Shown here: in pieces, positions 23,765 to 33,208 of the stretch
Numbering within the stretch: position 1 is the first letter of the stretch
How the letters are laid out: each line of letters opens with the position of its first letter
Source of the DNA: a bacterium
GTDB taxonomy: Bacteria > UBA10199 > 2-02-FULL-44-16 > JAAZCA01
Length of the DNA stretch: 64,000 nt
Assembly: GCA_041648665.1 (NCBI GenBank)
Contig: JBAZOP010000002.1
Coordinates: 50,262-114,261 of the forward strand
Direction: 5' to 3'
Notes under the pieces: generated by a model
The model's input: only the letters and a program-made list of their open reading frames with translations
Told to the model about the DNA's origin: nothing
The model's database searches: none
Translations under genes and position numbers: made by a program

Positions 23765-24922
23765 CTAGTCGAACTGAACTTCGATGTCGCACACCGTGTC
23801 GCGCATCGGAGTCGGGCCACCGCCAGCGACGTAGGTCCGCACAACCGTGATCAGCTCGCCAGCCGCGAAGGCGTTCGCGGCCGCGTCCACGACGCCCGCC
23901 ACCGGAGTGTCGATGACCGTGGTGTCATCGACCGTGATGACGCCCGTCAGGGCCGACACGCCCGCGATCTGCACGTCGAAGGTCATCGACTCGCCAGCCG
24001 CAGCTGCTGTGCCGGTCTCCGCCGAGCAGGCCACGATGGTCCCAGCCGCCAGGGCCCGGAACACCCGCATGGTCTCCGTGGCCGCCGCCAGCTGCCGCGA
24101 GTCGGCCTGGCTGCGCCCGGCGTCGATAGCCGCGAGCCGCGCCGTCGCGGTCTGCATCTCGGTCCGGTTGGCCACGATCACCCACACCCATGTCCCGGCA
24201 CCGGTCTGCGCAGCCTCCAGCAGCGCCCCGCCGTAGTTCGTGTTGAGCACGAGCGTCGCGGCGCCGTTGATCGTGTTCGCGCCGTTCGGCGTGATCGTGA
24301 TCGGGTTCGTCCCACCAGCACCCTGCGAATCGACGACCAGCACCTGCTTGCCGAGGATGGCCGCGGACAGCGCGGGCAGGTTCACGACGGACGGAGCACC
24401 GATGGTCGTGGTGGCCACCTCGACGATGGCCAGATCACCACCGCCCACGGCCACGGGGGTCGCGACCGCGTACTGCCGGTACACGCCCTTGTCGGTCTGC
24501 GTGTAGTTGACGCCGTTCCAGGAGATGACCGCGCCCGCCAGGAACGCCTGCCCGGTGTTCGTGCGTGTCGGATCGTTGTCGGTCACGTCCGCCGTGACGA
24601 AGTACGTCCAGCCGTTCACGACAGCCGCTGGGGTCGGGAAGTCGGCCGCGGCCGCGATGTCCCCCTGGTAGGGGAACGCGCCCACCGGGTTCAGCAGCCG
24701 ATCCGTCAGGTTCAGCTCGACGCCCGCCTGGCTCTTCATCCGGATCGAGTCGTCGGCCGCCATCGCGTACAGCAGGCTGGACGGCTTGTCCGTGGTGGAC
24801 GTCGGGGCCGCAGCCTGGTGGACCAGCTCCACGAACGGCGTCTCCACGTCGCCCGCGAACTGCGCCTCGGTGTCGCTGATCACGGACTGGTTCAAGCGGA
24901 TGGTCTTGTCTTCGTCGGTCAT
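23765..24922 (-). CDS. hypothetical structural-type protein (385 aa)
   Basis: Beta-rich Ala/Thr/Val composition. Shares its C-terminal domain with 23235..23687. Confidence 0.45.
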   Translation of the reverse strand: MTDEDKTIRLNQSVISDTEAQFAGDVETPFVELVHQAAAPTSTTDKPSSLLYAMAADDSIRMKSQAGVELNLTDRLLNPVGAFPYQGDIAAAADFPTPAAVVNGWTYFVTADVTDNDPTRTNTGQAFLAGAVISWNGVNYTQTDKGVYRQYAVATPVAVGGGDLAIVEVATTTIGAPSVVNLPALSAAILGKQVLVVDSQGAGGTNPITITPNGANTINGAATLVLNTNYGGALLEAAQTGAGTWVWVIVANRTEMQTATARLAAIDAGRSQADSRQLAAATETMRVFRALAAGTIVACSAETGTAAAAGESMTFDVQIAGVSALTGVITVDDTTVIDTPVAGVVDAAANAFAAGELITVVRTYVAGGGPTPMRDTVCDIEVQFD

Positions 24923-24990
24923 CGTTCTACTCCTTGTTGCTCACGGCCATCAGGATCCCACGTGGATCCCACACTGACACCCCCACGCTA

Positions 24991-25932
24991 TCACCCACTT
25001 ATGCCTGCGTCAAGAACCTGGGGTGCGCGCACGAACAGCACGCCCTCGTTGGACGCCGTCTCAGCGATCTCGTTCCACCGCTTCCGGTTCTTCTCCCACG
25101 ACATCTCGCCCATGAACCGCAGCGCCTCACCGAAGTTTGGGTTGATCCCAATGGCCTGGAGGCAACTCTGCCGCGCCTCCTGCCCGCGTCGGAGCATCCA
25201 CAGGCACCGGGCTTTCATCAGACACGCGTCCGCGATCTCCGGCGCCCACTTGGCCCTAGACAGGTAGTCGTCGTACCAGCGCACGGCCGTCTCGTACTTC
25301 CGCCTGTACCAGTACTCCCTGGCCAGGTAGTACGCCTCGCGCACGAGAGTCGGATCGCGCGCCATCTCCTTCTCCAAGATCCGCAACGCCCTATCCGGGT
25401 CGTTCTTGTGCGCCTCGCTGTAGCCGTAGGTGACCACGACATCGCTCTCGTATTCAGCCAGCGCGCTCAGGTGGTTGTGAATCGCCCCCTGCCAGTACAC
25501 CTCGGGGCAACGCCGGAAGGCTCGGACGGATCGATGTTCCTGCCCCGACGATTTCGCCACGGTTCGGAAACTGATGGTTCTACGCACGTCGCTAGCGAAG
25601 AAGACCGGACGAGCACTGACGTCTGCAATTACACCTCTTAACTTATCTATACCACCCGGTTCTAGCACCTCGTCTGCGTCGATCACGAGCACCCAGTCCC
25701 CTGTGCACTGGGCCAGCGCGTAGTTCCGCGCCGCCGCGAAATCGTCACGCCATGGGAAGGAGAACACCCGTGCGCCTGCGTCCAGCGCAATCTCCCGCGT
25801 TCGGTCTGGCGGATCCCCCGGTAGGCTCGTGTCCACGACCACCAGCTCGTCCGCCCCAGCCACCGAGGCCAGGCACGCAGAGAGACAGGACTCCTCGCCC
25901 CGGACGATCATGCTCACGCTCAGCCGCATCAT
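24991..25932 (-). CDS. family 2 glycosyltransferase (GT-A) with C-terminal TPR-like region
   Basis: VSMIVRGEE, DDFAAARNYA and the DADE (DxD) motif. C-terminal helical repeats. Confidence 0.65.
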   Translation of the reverse strand: MMRLSVSMIVRGEESCLSACLASVAGADELVVVDTSLPGDPPDRTREIALDAGARVFSFPWRDDFAAARNYALAQCTGDWVLVIDADEVLEPGGIDKLRGVIADVSARPVFFASDVRRTISFRTVAKSSGQEHRSVRAFRRCPEVYWQGAIHNHLSALAEYESDVVVTYGYSEAHKNDPDRALRILEKEMARDPTLVREAYYLAREYWYRRKYETAVRWYDDYLSRAKWAPEIADACLMKARCLWMLRRGQEARQSCLQAIGINPNFGEALRFMGEMSWEKNRKRWNEIAETASNEGVLFVRAPQVLDAGISG

Positions 25933-25938
25933 CCCCTC

Positions 25939-28803
25939 CTACTTCGACAACACCAGCGCACAGGCGTCATCCGCCTTGCTCTCCGCCGCCTTCAACTTCT
26001 CACCCATCGTGTTGGCCCCGTAGTCCACCGCCGCCGACGCCGTCCACACGTCCAGCGCCGACGCCAGCGTGGCAATCGGGGGCGTCACCGGGAGAGCCGC
26101 GTCCCAGATATCCAAGCCTCCCAGGTTGAGCGCCACGCCCGCCGGGTAGAACACCGAAGCGTCGTCCCAGTAGAAGTACCGGTCCGTTCCCGTCGCGTCC
26201 GTCTGCCCGCTCAACGTGACCGTGATCTTGCCCGTGGCCGTCGCAGGCGTGAACGTCACCGAAAGCAACTGCCAAGCCGTCGTCTGCGCCGCCGCCGCGT
26301 ACACCTCCGTCCCCCCGTCGTACTCCACCGTCAGCCGGGGCATCTCATGCGTCCCCGCCCAGTACGCAGCGTTGTTCAGCTTGCACCAGATGGCGATCAC
26401 CATCGTCTTGGTCTGGATATTTCCGGTGGGCACATCGAACGCCCACTCGAACGTCTCCCCAGCAGTTGTCGGCTCGAACCGCATCGCGCTGCCCCCCGCC
26501 GTGTGCACCGTGGTGTCGGCCAGCGCGGCGTTCGTCCGCTGCGTCTTGCCCAGCGTGTAGATCCGCCGGTCGTCCGTGGCCGTGTCGTCGTAGTCCGCGA
26601 ACCCGACGCTGAACCCCTCGACCATGTCGGGCACGTTCCCCTCCGAGAGCGTGAGCGCCCCGGTGGGCGAGTCGAACGTGTAGGAGGGCATGCACCCGCT
26701 GTCGAACCCGATGTCCACCGTGTTGGCCGCCTCCGCGCCGAACTCGCTGTCCACGTCTACCGCGTTCCGCTGCGTGTTGGGGTAGAACACGACGGCGCAG
26801 AGGCAGTTGTCGTAGTGGTTCCGGGCGACCTCGATGGGGTTGATCAGCTGCCCCACGCCGACCGCCCCGCCCGTGCTCGGACTGTCCACGTTCTCGTCCT
26901 GGGCGCTCCCCCAGACGTAGTTATCGGTGAACTGCGACTCCGTGCCGCAGATGCAGAACGCCCCGTAGGCCGCGGTCGCATGGGCCCGCATGTTGTGGGA
27001 GTAGTTGCCGGTAAAGGTCTTCCGCAGCGCACCGTCCGTCCCGGGGTGGTAGCCGTAGATCGCCGCTTCTACGCTGTCGCGCAGCGTGAAGCGCCCCGAG
27101 ACGTGCCCCAGCTTGTTGAAGGCGGTGGTGCTATGTGTCGCGTGCCGGTTCCAGCCGTAGTAGCGCTCCACCAGCAGGCCGTCCGGCGGTACGCGCGGGG
27201 TGACCAAAAAGTAGCCGTTCGCCGCGCCCGTGACCCACGACACCACGTCCCGGATGAGGTACTGGCTTCGACAGGCGGCGTCCAGCGCGGCCAGATGTGG
27301 CTGATACGAGAGGCTCCCAGCTGCCCGGAATACAGCGGTATCCACGTCCACCCCCTGCAACTGGTAGTTCGCGGCAGTCCACAGGTTGTTATCGACCGTC
27401 GCCACTGCGTTCTTGATCTTCACCCCGCAGCGGTCCAGGCGGATGACCCAGCCGCCCGCGATCCGGTCGTAGTTCGCCACGTTGCCCGTGAGCGTGATGT
27501 CCGCCCCGGCAACGCCCTGGACCGTGTACGACGCGTAGGAGCCCTGTCCCTGCACGTCCTGCTTGGTCATCACCACGGTGTCGCCGTTGACCCAGTCCAC
27601 CGCGTCGGCAACGAGCAAATGCGCCTGTCCGACCACCGCATCGTTGGTCAGCTGCGTCGCCATGTAGCGCGGGATCTGGCCGTAGGCGAACAGGCTGTTC
27701 CGCCCCGCCCAGTCGTAGGCGTTACTCGTGCGCTGCGTAATGCTGGGGGCCGCCGTCCCGGCCGCCGCCGCGACGAAGTCCAGGATAGCGCGCTCGGCGT
27801 AGGGGATGTTCCCCCAGACCAGCGTGTGCGTGCCGTCGCCGTCCGAGGTCGTGTCGATGGCTGCGCCGCCCGAGGTCGCCGACACCGTGAACGTGTCCGC
27901 CGTGGGCGTGCTCTCCACGTAGTAGTAGACCCCCCGCGTGTCATCAAGCGGCGCCGGTAGCGTGCCCGTCGTCCGGAACGCGATCAGTTGCCCGACCGCC
28001 AGCCCGTGGCCAACCTTCGTCACCACGCCGGGGCTCGCGTGCGAGATGGTACACGTAGACGTCTCCTCGGACCCGATCCGTATCCCGGTGAGCCCACCCA
28101 GCACCAGCTTGCCCTTGACCGTCAGCGTGTACGCCGCCGCCGGGGGATTCTCCCACTCCAGCAGCGCTACCGTGGCGATCTCCGGGGCCGCCACGTTCGA
28201 GCACACGACGCATGCTATACCGTTCACCGCGTCGCCCGTCCCCAGGACGGCCCCGAACGACGTGGTGGCGTCCACCGTTACCTTGTCCTTGCAAACCAGT
28301 ACATCGTCGGCGTTCCAGGACAGCGCGTTGTCGCACCACGTCGCGTAGAACGGCGCCGTGCCGTTGCTCGTAGCGAGGTTCCACGTGCCCACGCCCGCAC
28401 CGTGGCTGATCTCGAACCGCCACTTGCCCGCCGCGACGTCCACCGCGTAGGGTGCGCCGAACACGCACGGCGTGACGTACTCGCCCCTATACTGGTAGGT
28501 GCCGCTCGTGCACGTGCCTGCGATGTCGGTTGTGGACATCGTGACCGAGGCGCGGTCCGTCCACACCGCCCCCACCAGCTCCTGGAGCTTCACCACGACC
28601 TCGCGGTCGGTCATCGAATTGGTCAGCAGGCCGAGCACCACGCCCTGGCAGTTGCCCGCGTTGGCGAACGTCACGGCGATGGTCCGCGTGGTCGTCAGCG
28701 CGAGGTTAGTTGTGCCGAACCACGACAGGTTGTGGGCTTCCACCCGGTAGAAACCGTTGACTGTAGATAGGCTGGTCGGTCCGTTGCTGATGATCACGCT
28801 CAT
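25939..28803 (-). CDS. large tail fibre / tailspike-like structural protein (954 aa)
   Basis: Long beta-rich ORF in the fibre region next to the glycosyltransferase. Confidence 0.5.
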   Translation of the reverse strand: MSVIISNGPTSLSTVNGFYRVEAHNLSWFGTTNLALTTTRTIAVTFANAGNCQGVVLGLLTNSMTDREVVVKLQELVGAVWTDRASVTMSTTDIAGTCTSGTYQYRGEYVTPCVFGAPYAVDVAAGKWRFEISHGAGVGTWNLATSNGTAPFYATWCDNALSWNADDVLVCKDKVTVDATTSFGAVLGTGDAVNGIACVVCSNVAAPEIATVALLEWENPPAAAYTLTVKGKLVLGGLTGIRIGSEETSTCTISHASPGVVTKVGHGLAVGQLIAFRTTGTLPAPLDDTRGVYYYVESTPTADTFTVSATSGGAAIDTTSDGDGTHTLVWGNIPYAERAILDFVAAAAGTAAPSITQRTSNAYDWAGRNSLFAYGQIPRYMATQLTNDAVVGQAHLLVADAVDWVNGDTVVMTKQDVQGQGSYASYTVQGVAGADITLTGNVANYDRIAGGWVIRLDRCGVKIKNAVATVDNNLWTAANYQLQGVDVDTAVFRAAGSLSYQPHLAALDAACRSQYLIRDVVSWVTGAANGYFLVTPRVPPDGLLVERYYGWNRHATHSTTAFNKLGHVSGRFTLRDSVEAAIYGYHPGTDGALRKTFTGNYSHNMRAHATAAYGAFCICGTESQFTDNYVWGSAQDENVDSPSTGGAVGVGQLINPIEVARNHYDNCLCAVVFYPNTQRNAVDVDSEFGAEAANTVDIGFDSGCMPSYTFDSPTGALTLSEGNVPDMVEGFSVGFADYDDTATDDRRIYTLGKTQRTNAALADTTVHTAGGSAMRFEPTTAGETFEWAFDVPTGNIQTKTMVIAIWCKLNNAAYWAGTHEMPRLTVEYDGGTEVYAAAAQTTAWQLLSVTFTPATATGKITVTLSGQTDATGTDRYFYWDDASVFYPAGVALNLGGLDIWDAALPVTPPIATLASALDVWTASAAVDYGANTMGEKLKAAESKADDACALVLSK

Positions 28804-29000
28804 GGCTCTTCCTCAACGGGCGCTTCCTGCTCCCGCTCCAGCGCCGCCAGTTCCAGCAGCTTCACCCGCGCCGCGAACTCGTCCTCAGTCCGGCACCAGA
28901 TCGTGTACCGCCGCCCGCCGATCTCCACCGTGCGCTCGATGTGCGTCATGCCACGCTCCAGCTCGTGATGCGGTTGTTCGCGTCCCGCGTGAAGGTCCAC
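28800..29000 (-). CDS. hypothetical small protein
   Basis: ATGA overlap with the downstream gene. Weak support. Confidence 0.25.
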   Translation of the reverse strand: MDLHAGREQPHHELERGMTHIERTVEIGGRRYTIWCRTEDEFAARVKLLELAALEREQEAPVEEEP

Positions 29001-29539
29001 ACCCGCGTCCCATCGTCGGCCTCGATCAGGTAGTGGGCCGCGTTGCGCGTCAGCGTCACCGTCCGCCCCGCCGTCACCGCCACCTCCTCGATGTACCCGT
29101 CCCCGTCCCGCGTCACCGCCCCTGCGTTCACCGCCACCAGCTCGCGGGCGAAGACTGCGCCACCCACGGCCAAATCCTGGGCCACCTTGTCGTAGGTCAG
29201 GCCCGCGTCTCCCGCCGCGGCTCCACCATCGTTGAAGACGATCTGGGTGTCGATGCCCGCCACTGGGCCAGTCGGACCAGTCGCGCCGGTCGGGCCTGTT
29301 GGACCGGTAGGACCAATCGGACCTGCTGGTCCTGGAGGGCCCGTTGGACCTGTTGGACCGGTGGGACCAACAGCAGCTGGGTCGTTGTTGTGGGCCTCGG
29401 CGATGGCCCGTGCCAGCTCATCCACCCCAGCCGCGTCACGCGCCAGGTTGTAAGCCGGCCCGTACGCCTCGCGGCGGTAGCGCGCGATCAGGCCGGCTAG
29501 TCCGGTCCCTCGGACCGCATCACCCTCATCAATCGCCAC
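28946..29539 (-). CDS. collagen-like repeat tail fibre protein
   Basis: [35 protein letters not shown] is a Gly-X-Y triple-helix repeat. Confidence 0.55.
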   Translation of the reverse strand: MAIDEGDAVRGTGLAGLIARYRREAYGPAYNLARDAAGVDELARAIAEAHNNDPAAVGPTGPTGPTGPPGPAGPIGPTGPTGPTGATGPTGPVAGIDTQIVFNDGGAAAGDAGLTYDKVAQDLAVGGAVFARELVAVNAGAVTRDGDGYIEEVAVTAGRTVTLTRNAAHYLIEADDGTRVWTFTRDANNRITSWSVA

Positions 29540-29773
29540 GGGCCTGCTCCTCGTCCACGCGCGCGCGCAGCAGCTTCAGGGCCGCCCCCAGGGCCTCCGG
29601 CGGCGCCACCCCCAGGTCACGCGCCAGCGCCAGCACGGCGTCCCAGGCGTCCCGGGGGAACAGGACCATGACCAGGCCATCGTCTTGCGCCGGATCTGAT
29701 GTGCGGGCCGCCCGGCCTGATCCCAGCGAACACGTGTGCGCTTTCCCGTGGACGATCTGTGCGCGCATCGCCA

Positions 29774-30607
29774 CTAGGACACTTCTCCAGGATTCACGCC
29801 TCTTGGTTTACGACCAGCGCCCGGGGCGGGAACCTTGGAGCCAGCAGCGCGCCCAGCACTCTCATAGTTGGATGGCTGAACGTACGAGGTGTCCGGCGTG
29901 CGCAGCGCATACATGGATGGCGACCCGATGCTCAGCCCGCGATACAACACCCCCCTATCCTTGGTCTGCACGATCTGCCGGAAGGTCAGCGCCACCGTGG
30001 CGTTCCGCGGCACGCCGTTGGGGAACAGCAGGTTGTAGGTCACGTCGCAGCCCGTCATCACGGCGTAGATCACGTCGCCACCGGTTTCGTTCAACCCCAC
30101 CCCAGGCACGCACAGGCATGCCACCGGCGGCGGGTACGACACCGTGCTGCCATCCGCCACGTCGTAGCCGTAGCTGGGGTAGCAGTAGGCCCGCAGGTAG
30201 CGGATCTCCGCATCCACGTCCACGTTGTGGGGCCGCATGTCCTTCAGGTACTCGTTGCCGGGCGCCGTGAGCCCGAACGGGTCCAGGATCTTCTCGAAGA
30301 CCGTGCGGTCCTCCACCGGCTTCATGAACCGGTGCAGGCGCACTTCGAAGCTGATCGTGCGCCCCCCGTTGCTGTTCCACTGCGCCAGCGCGTGCGACGC
30401 CCCCGGGATCTCCTTGAAGTTCCACCCCACCTCGATGCTGTCCTGGATGCTCTCCGGCCAGAACTGGAACGCGCGCTCCGGTAGCAGCACCGCGCTGCCC
30501 GCCGGGTCCGTCGGGTCGATGCCCACGATGGACATGGAGGCGCTCTCCATGCCCTCCGGGCCGTTCATGATGGCCTCGACCAGCTGCCCAATGAACCCGC
30601 CAGCCAT
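29774..30607 (-). CDS. hypothetical tail/baseplate-associated protein
   Basis: 277-aa ORF in the structural operon. Confidence 0.45.
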   Translation of the reverse strand: MAGGFIGQLVEAIMNGPEGMESASMSIVGIDPTDPAGSAVLLPERAFQFWPESIQDSIEVGWNFKEIPGASHALAQWNSNGGRTISFEVRLHRFMKPVEDRTVFEKILDPFGLTAPGNEYLKDMRPHNVDVDAEIRYLRAYCYPSYGYDVADGSTVSYPPPVACLCVPGVGLNETGGDVIYAVMTGCDVTYNLLFPNGVPRNATVALTFRQIVQTKDRGVLYRGLSIGSPSMYALRTPDTSYVQPSNYESAGRAAGSKVPAPGAGRKPRGVNPGEVS

Positions 30608-30610
30608 CTC

Positions 30611-30958
30611 CTACTCCCGTCTCTTCCTAGAATGATCCTCCACTACATCTTCATCGCACGCCAACACGTGCATTGATGCATCCATATCGGTTGCGGTGCT
30701 CCCATCTGCGTGCAACCCAAGATCGTGCAAACGCTTGTGTAGTGTCTGGATAGCCCGATAGCGCGCCAGCAGTCGAGGTGGAACATCAACACATGTCACG
30801 CATTGCACAAATAAGTAGACACTGCGGCATGTCGGGCATATTGGAAACTCCACAACGCGACCGCGCACACGCAAGTCGGATAATGGAAACGAGTGATCGT
30901 GCCCACACCCAAACACGACACTTGCCGTATCTCTTGTAACTCTATATAGGCCCATAGT
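30611..30958 (-). CDS. Cys-rich small protein, possibly a tail-fibre assembly/chaperone protein
   Basis: Sits immediately downstream of the fibre gene with lower GC. Internal start MGLYRVTRD; the track N-terminus overlaps the fibre gene. Confidence 0.3.
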   Translation of the reverse strand, partial: TMGLYRVTRDTASVVFGCGHDHSFPLSDLRVRGRVVEFPICPTCRSVYLFVQCVTCVDVPPRLLARYRAIQTLHKRLHDLGLHADGSTATDMDASMHVLACDEDVVEDHSRKRRE

Positions 30959-30960
30959 TC

Positions 30961-33198
30961 CTAATCCTCCACTGTCAAGTGCCCGTGGCACCACAGAACA
31001 TCTCCTTGTGTCCATGTCCGAATTTTCGAGACTGCCTGCACATGGCATCCCCATTCATCTGGCAATGTAGCCAAAACACTTCCGGTTGACCAATCCGGAT
31101 TACCCGGAGGATTTTCTGACTCCGAGTCAATGAACACGTTGATTGTGCTCGGAGTGGTAGCATAGTGAGAATGCCACGTCACACCCTGGCAAGCAGTCTG
31201 GACTCCAGGTGCTCCCATGGTAAAAGGAGCTAAAAGAGCCCACCCGAATTTCACCTCCTCGTATGTGTCCCCATCCACCTCCATGCAAGAGAACGACTCC
31301 GGGCCAGCACCACTGGTTTGCCCAATCTTCCACTCAGTCGTCCAATCATCATCTGCCCACGGCACTGCCGTTTCGTCCAAGTGCTTCTTGCACACGATCA
31401 TCCCAAACGGATAAATTTTAACCTTGATGGCATCGAACCCAGCAAGATCCCTGGTCCACAGTCCGCTGACCCCTACACTCGGGTCCCAGGAGCAATTGGA
31501 AGCAAAGTACGTTCCGTATTGTGACATATACCGACGAAAGCGAGGAATGCCAGCGCCGAGTGGCGTTGCCTGTTCGTATAGCCCCATCTCGCTCGCATCC
31601 GCCGCCATCGGCTGGATCTGGTGATGAACATCATCGCCTGTGTCAAGGTTCCATCGCAACGGGGTACCACCAAGAACAGAATAGTTGTTCCCCACGCCAA
31701 AGGTCGAATCCCACCCCGTCACGATATCCCACGTGGTCGGTGACGCCGCGATCTTGCTAGCGCAGATGATCGCCCCGCTGGACGTTCCTCCCCGCAGGAA
31801 GAAGGCCAGCGTCGTGAACGCAGCTGCTCCAGTCCCAGCCCGCACCGTCAAGCCCCCCGCCTCGATGTAGCCGCCGACCAGGATGGCGAGCCCCTGCGTG
31901 TTGTGCCAATAGATGGAGCATGTGCCCTTGGTCACGTTGGCGTCCAGCGTGACATTGTGCGACCGCCACAGCAGCACCCAGTCCGCTGGGGCCGCCGTCG
32001 GGTGGATCGTGCGAATGCGATCATTGATGAACCCGAGGAGCGCCGCCAGCTGGGTCTCCAACACCCCCCCAGCCAGCGCCGACGGCGTCCCCGCCGCTGC
32101 GCGCGCCGCTACCTGCACCGCATGCCCCACCACCTCGATATCGCCCACCGGGAACGCCCCCGCTGGCGCGTTGTCCAGCGTGAGCAGCGTCTGCTTCTTG
32201 TAGCAGAGCAAGCGCAGCGTCCCCGTGAACGCCACGTCCACAGTCGCCGCGAAGCTGATCTCGACCCACGGATCCTCGTAGAACCCCTCCGCGTCCGCGT
32301 CGGCCGACGGCGTCAGCAGCGTGATGCCGTCCGTCTGGTACACGTCCCCCACGCGTAGCAGCCCCGCATCAGATCCCAGCAGCGGAGCGTTCTGCGTCGC
32401 CGTGCTGTGCAGCAGGCGGAAGTGCTTCGCCGCCGTGCCCACCGCCCCGGTCCCCACGAAGTACAGCCCGCTGAGCTGGAACTGAGTCACGCCTACCAGC
32501 CCCGCATAGGTCTCCACCGTGGGCTCTGCGAACGACCGCACATCTTCACCGCTGGCTGCCCCAGTTCCCAGGCACCACTTGGACACGCTGTCGAGCAGAC
32601 CCCAGAACTCGTCGCCTTCCACCAGATCACCTGGCGTCTGCCGCGCCGTCGGCGATGGCAGCGACCGCCGCTCATACATGCCCGCCAGCGGCCACAACGC
32701 GAAGTCCGGGAAGATCGTCGATCCCATGGGCATCGGGATCGCGCACAGGATAACCGCGTAGGGATCGTAGTTCAGCTGAGCAATATCGTGAGGGTCCGTG
32801 TTCTCCACGCGGTAGTGGGCCGTGGTCGTGTTGTAGGCAGAGTAGTCCGCCACGATGTAGACGTACCACGTCTCATCGGCGGGCAGCCCCATCGGAGGGA
32901 ACAGCGCCGCGCAGTCGATCTCCACGTCCATGGTCTCGCGCACCGACACAGCGAAGCCCCGATCCCGATTGGCGTAGACCGCGAACTGGTCCTCGTCCAC
33001 GTGGTGGGGGGGCGTGTATGGGTCGATCTGCAACCGCAGCACGGTGTCCGCCACCAGCCGAGGAAAGACCCAGTATCCGCGGTAAGCCCCGCGCGGGTGC
33101 GCCAGCGCGCGCTCGTTGGCGCCATCCGTGACGTACTTCTCGCGCCACGCCAACTTGATCTTGCCCTCGTCGATCAGCACGGGGATAATTCCAGCCAT
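30961..33198 (-). CDS. tail fibre protein (745 aa); distal part lower-GC
   Basis: Long beta-rich ORF. The 3' portion (about 30.96-31.7 kb) is visibly more AT-rich. Confidence 0.5.
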   Translation of the reverse strand: MAGIIPVLIDEGKIKLAWREKYVTDGANERALAHPRGAYRGYWVFPRLVADTVLRLQIDPYTPPHHVDEDQFAVYANRDRGFAVSVRETMDVEIDCAALFPPMGLPADETWYVYIVADYSAYNTTTAHYRVENTDPHDIAQLNYDPYAVILCAIPMPMGSTIFPDFALWPLAGMYERRSLPSPTARQTPGDLVEGDEFWGLLDSVSKWCLGTGAASGEDVRSFAEPTVETYAGLVGVTQFQLSGLYFVGTGAVGTAAKHFRLLHSTATQNAPLLGSDAGLLRVGDVYQTDGITLLTPSADADAEGFYEDPWVEISFAATVDVAFTGTLRLLCYKKQTLLTLDNAPAGAFPVGDIEVVGHAVQVAARAAAGTPSALAGGVLETQLAALLGFINDRIRTIHPTAAPADWVLLWRSHNVTLDANVTKGTCSIYWHNTQGLAILVGGYIEAGGLTVRAGTGAAAFTTLAFFLRGGTSSGAIICASKIAASPTTWDIVTGWDSTFGVGNNYSVLGGTPLRWNLDTGDDVHHQIQPMAADASEMGLYEQATPLGAGIPRFRRYMSQYGTYFASNCSWDPSVGVSGLWTRDLAGFDAIKVKIYPFGMIVCKKHLDETAVPWADDDWTTEWKIGQTSGAGPESFSCMEVDGDTYEEVKFGWALLAPFTMGAPGVQTACQGVTWHSHYATTPSTINVFIDSESENPPGNPDWSTGSVLATLPDEWGCHVQAVSKIRTWTQGDVLWCHGHLTVED

Positions 33199-33208
33199 GG
33201 TTCTGCTC

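Noticed and set aside
23690-25267. 525-aa plus-strand ORF
   Set aside because: Antisense to the 385-aa and GT2 genes. Low-complexity translation.
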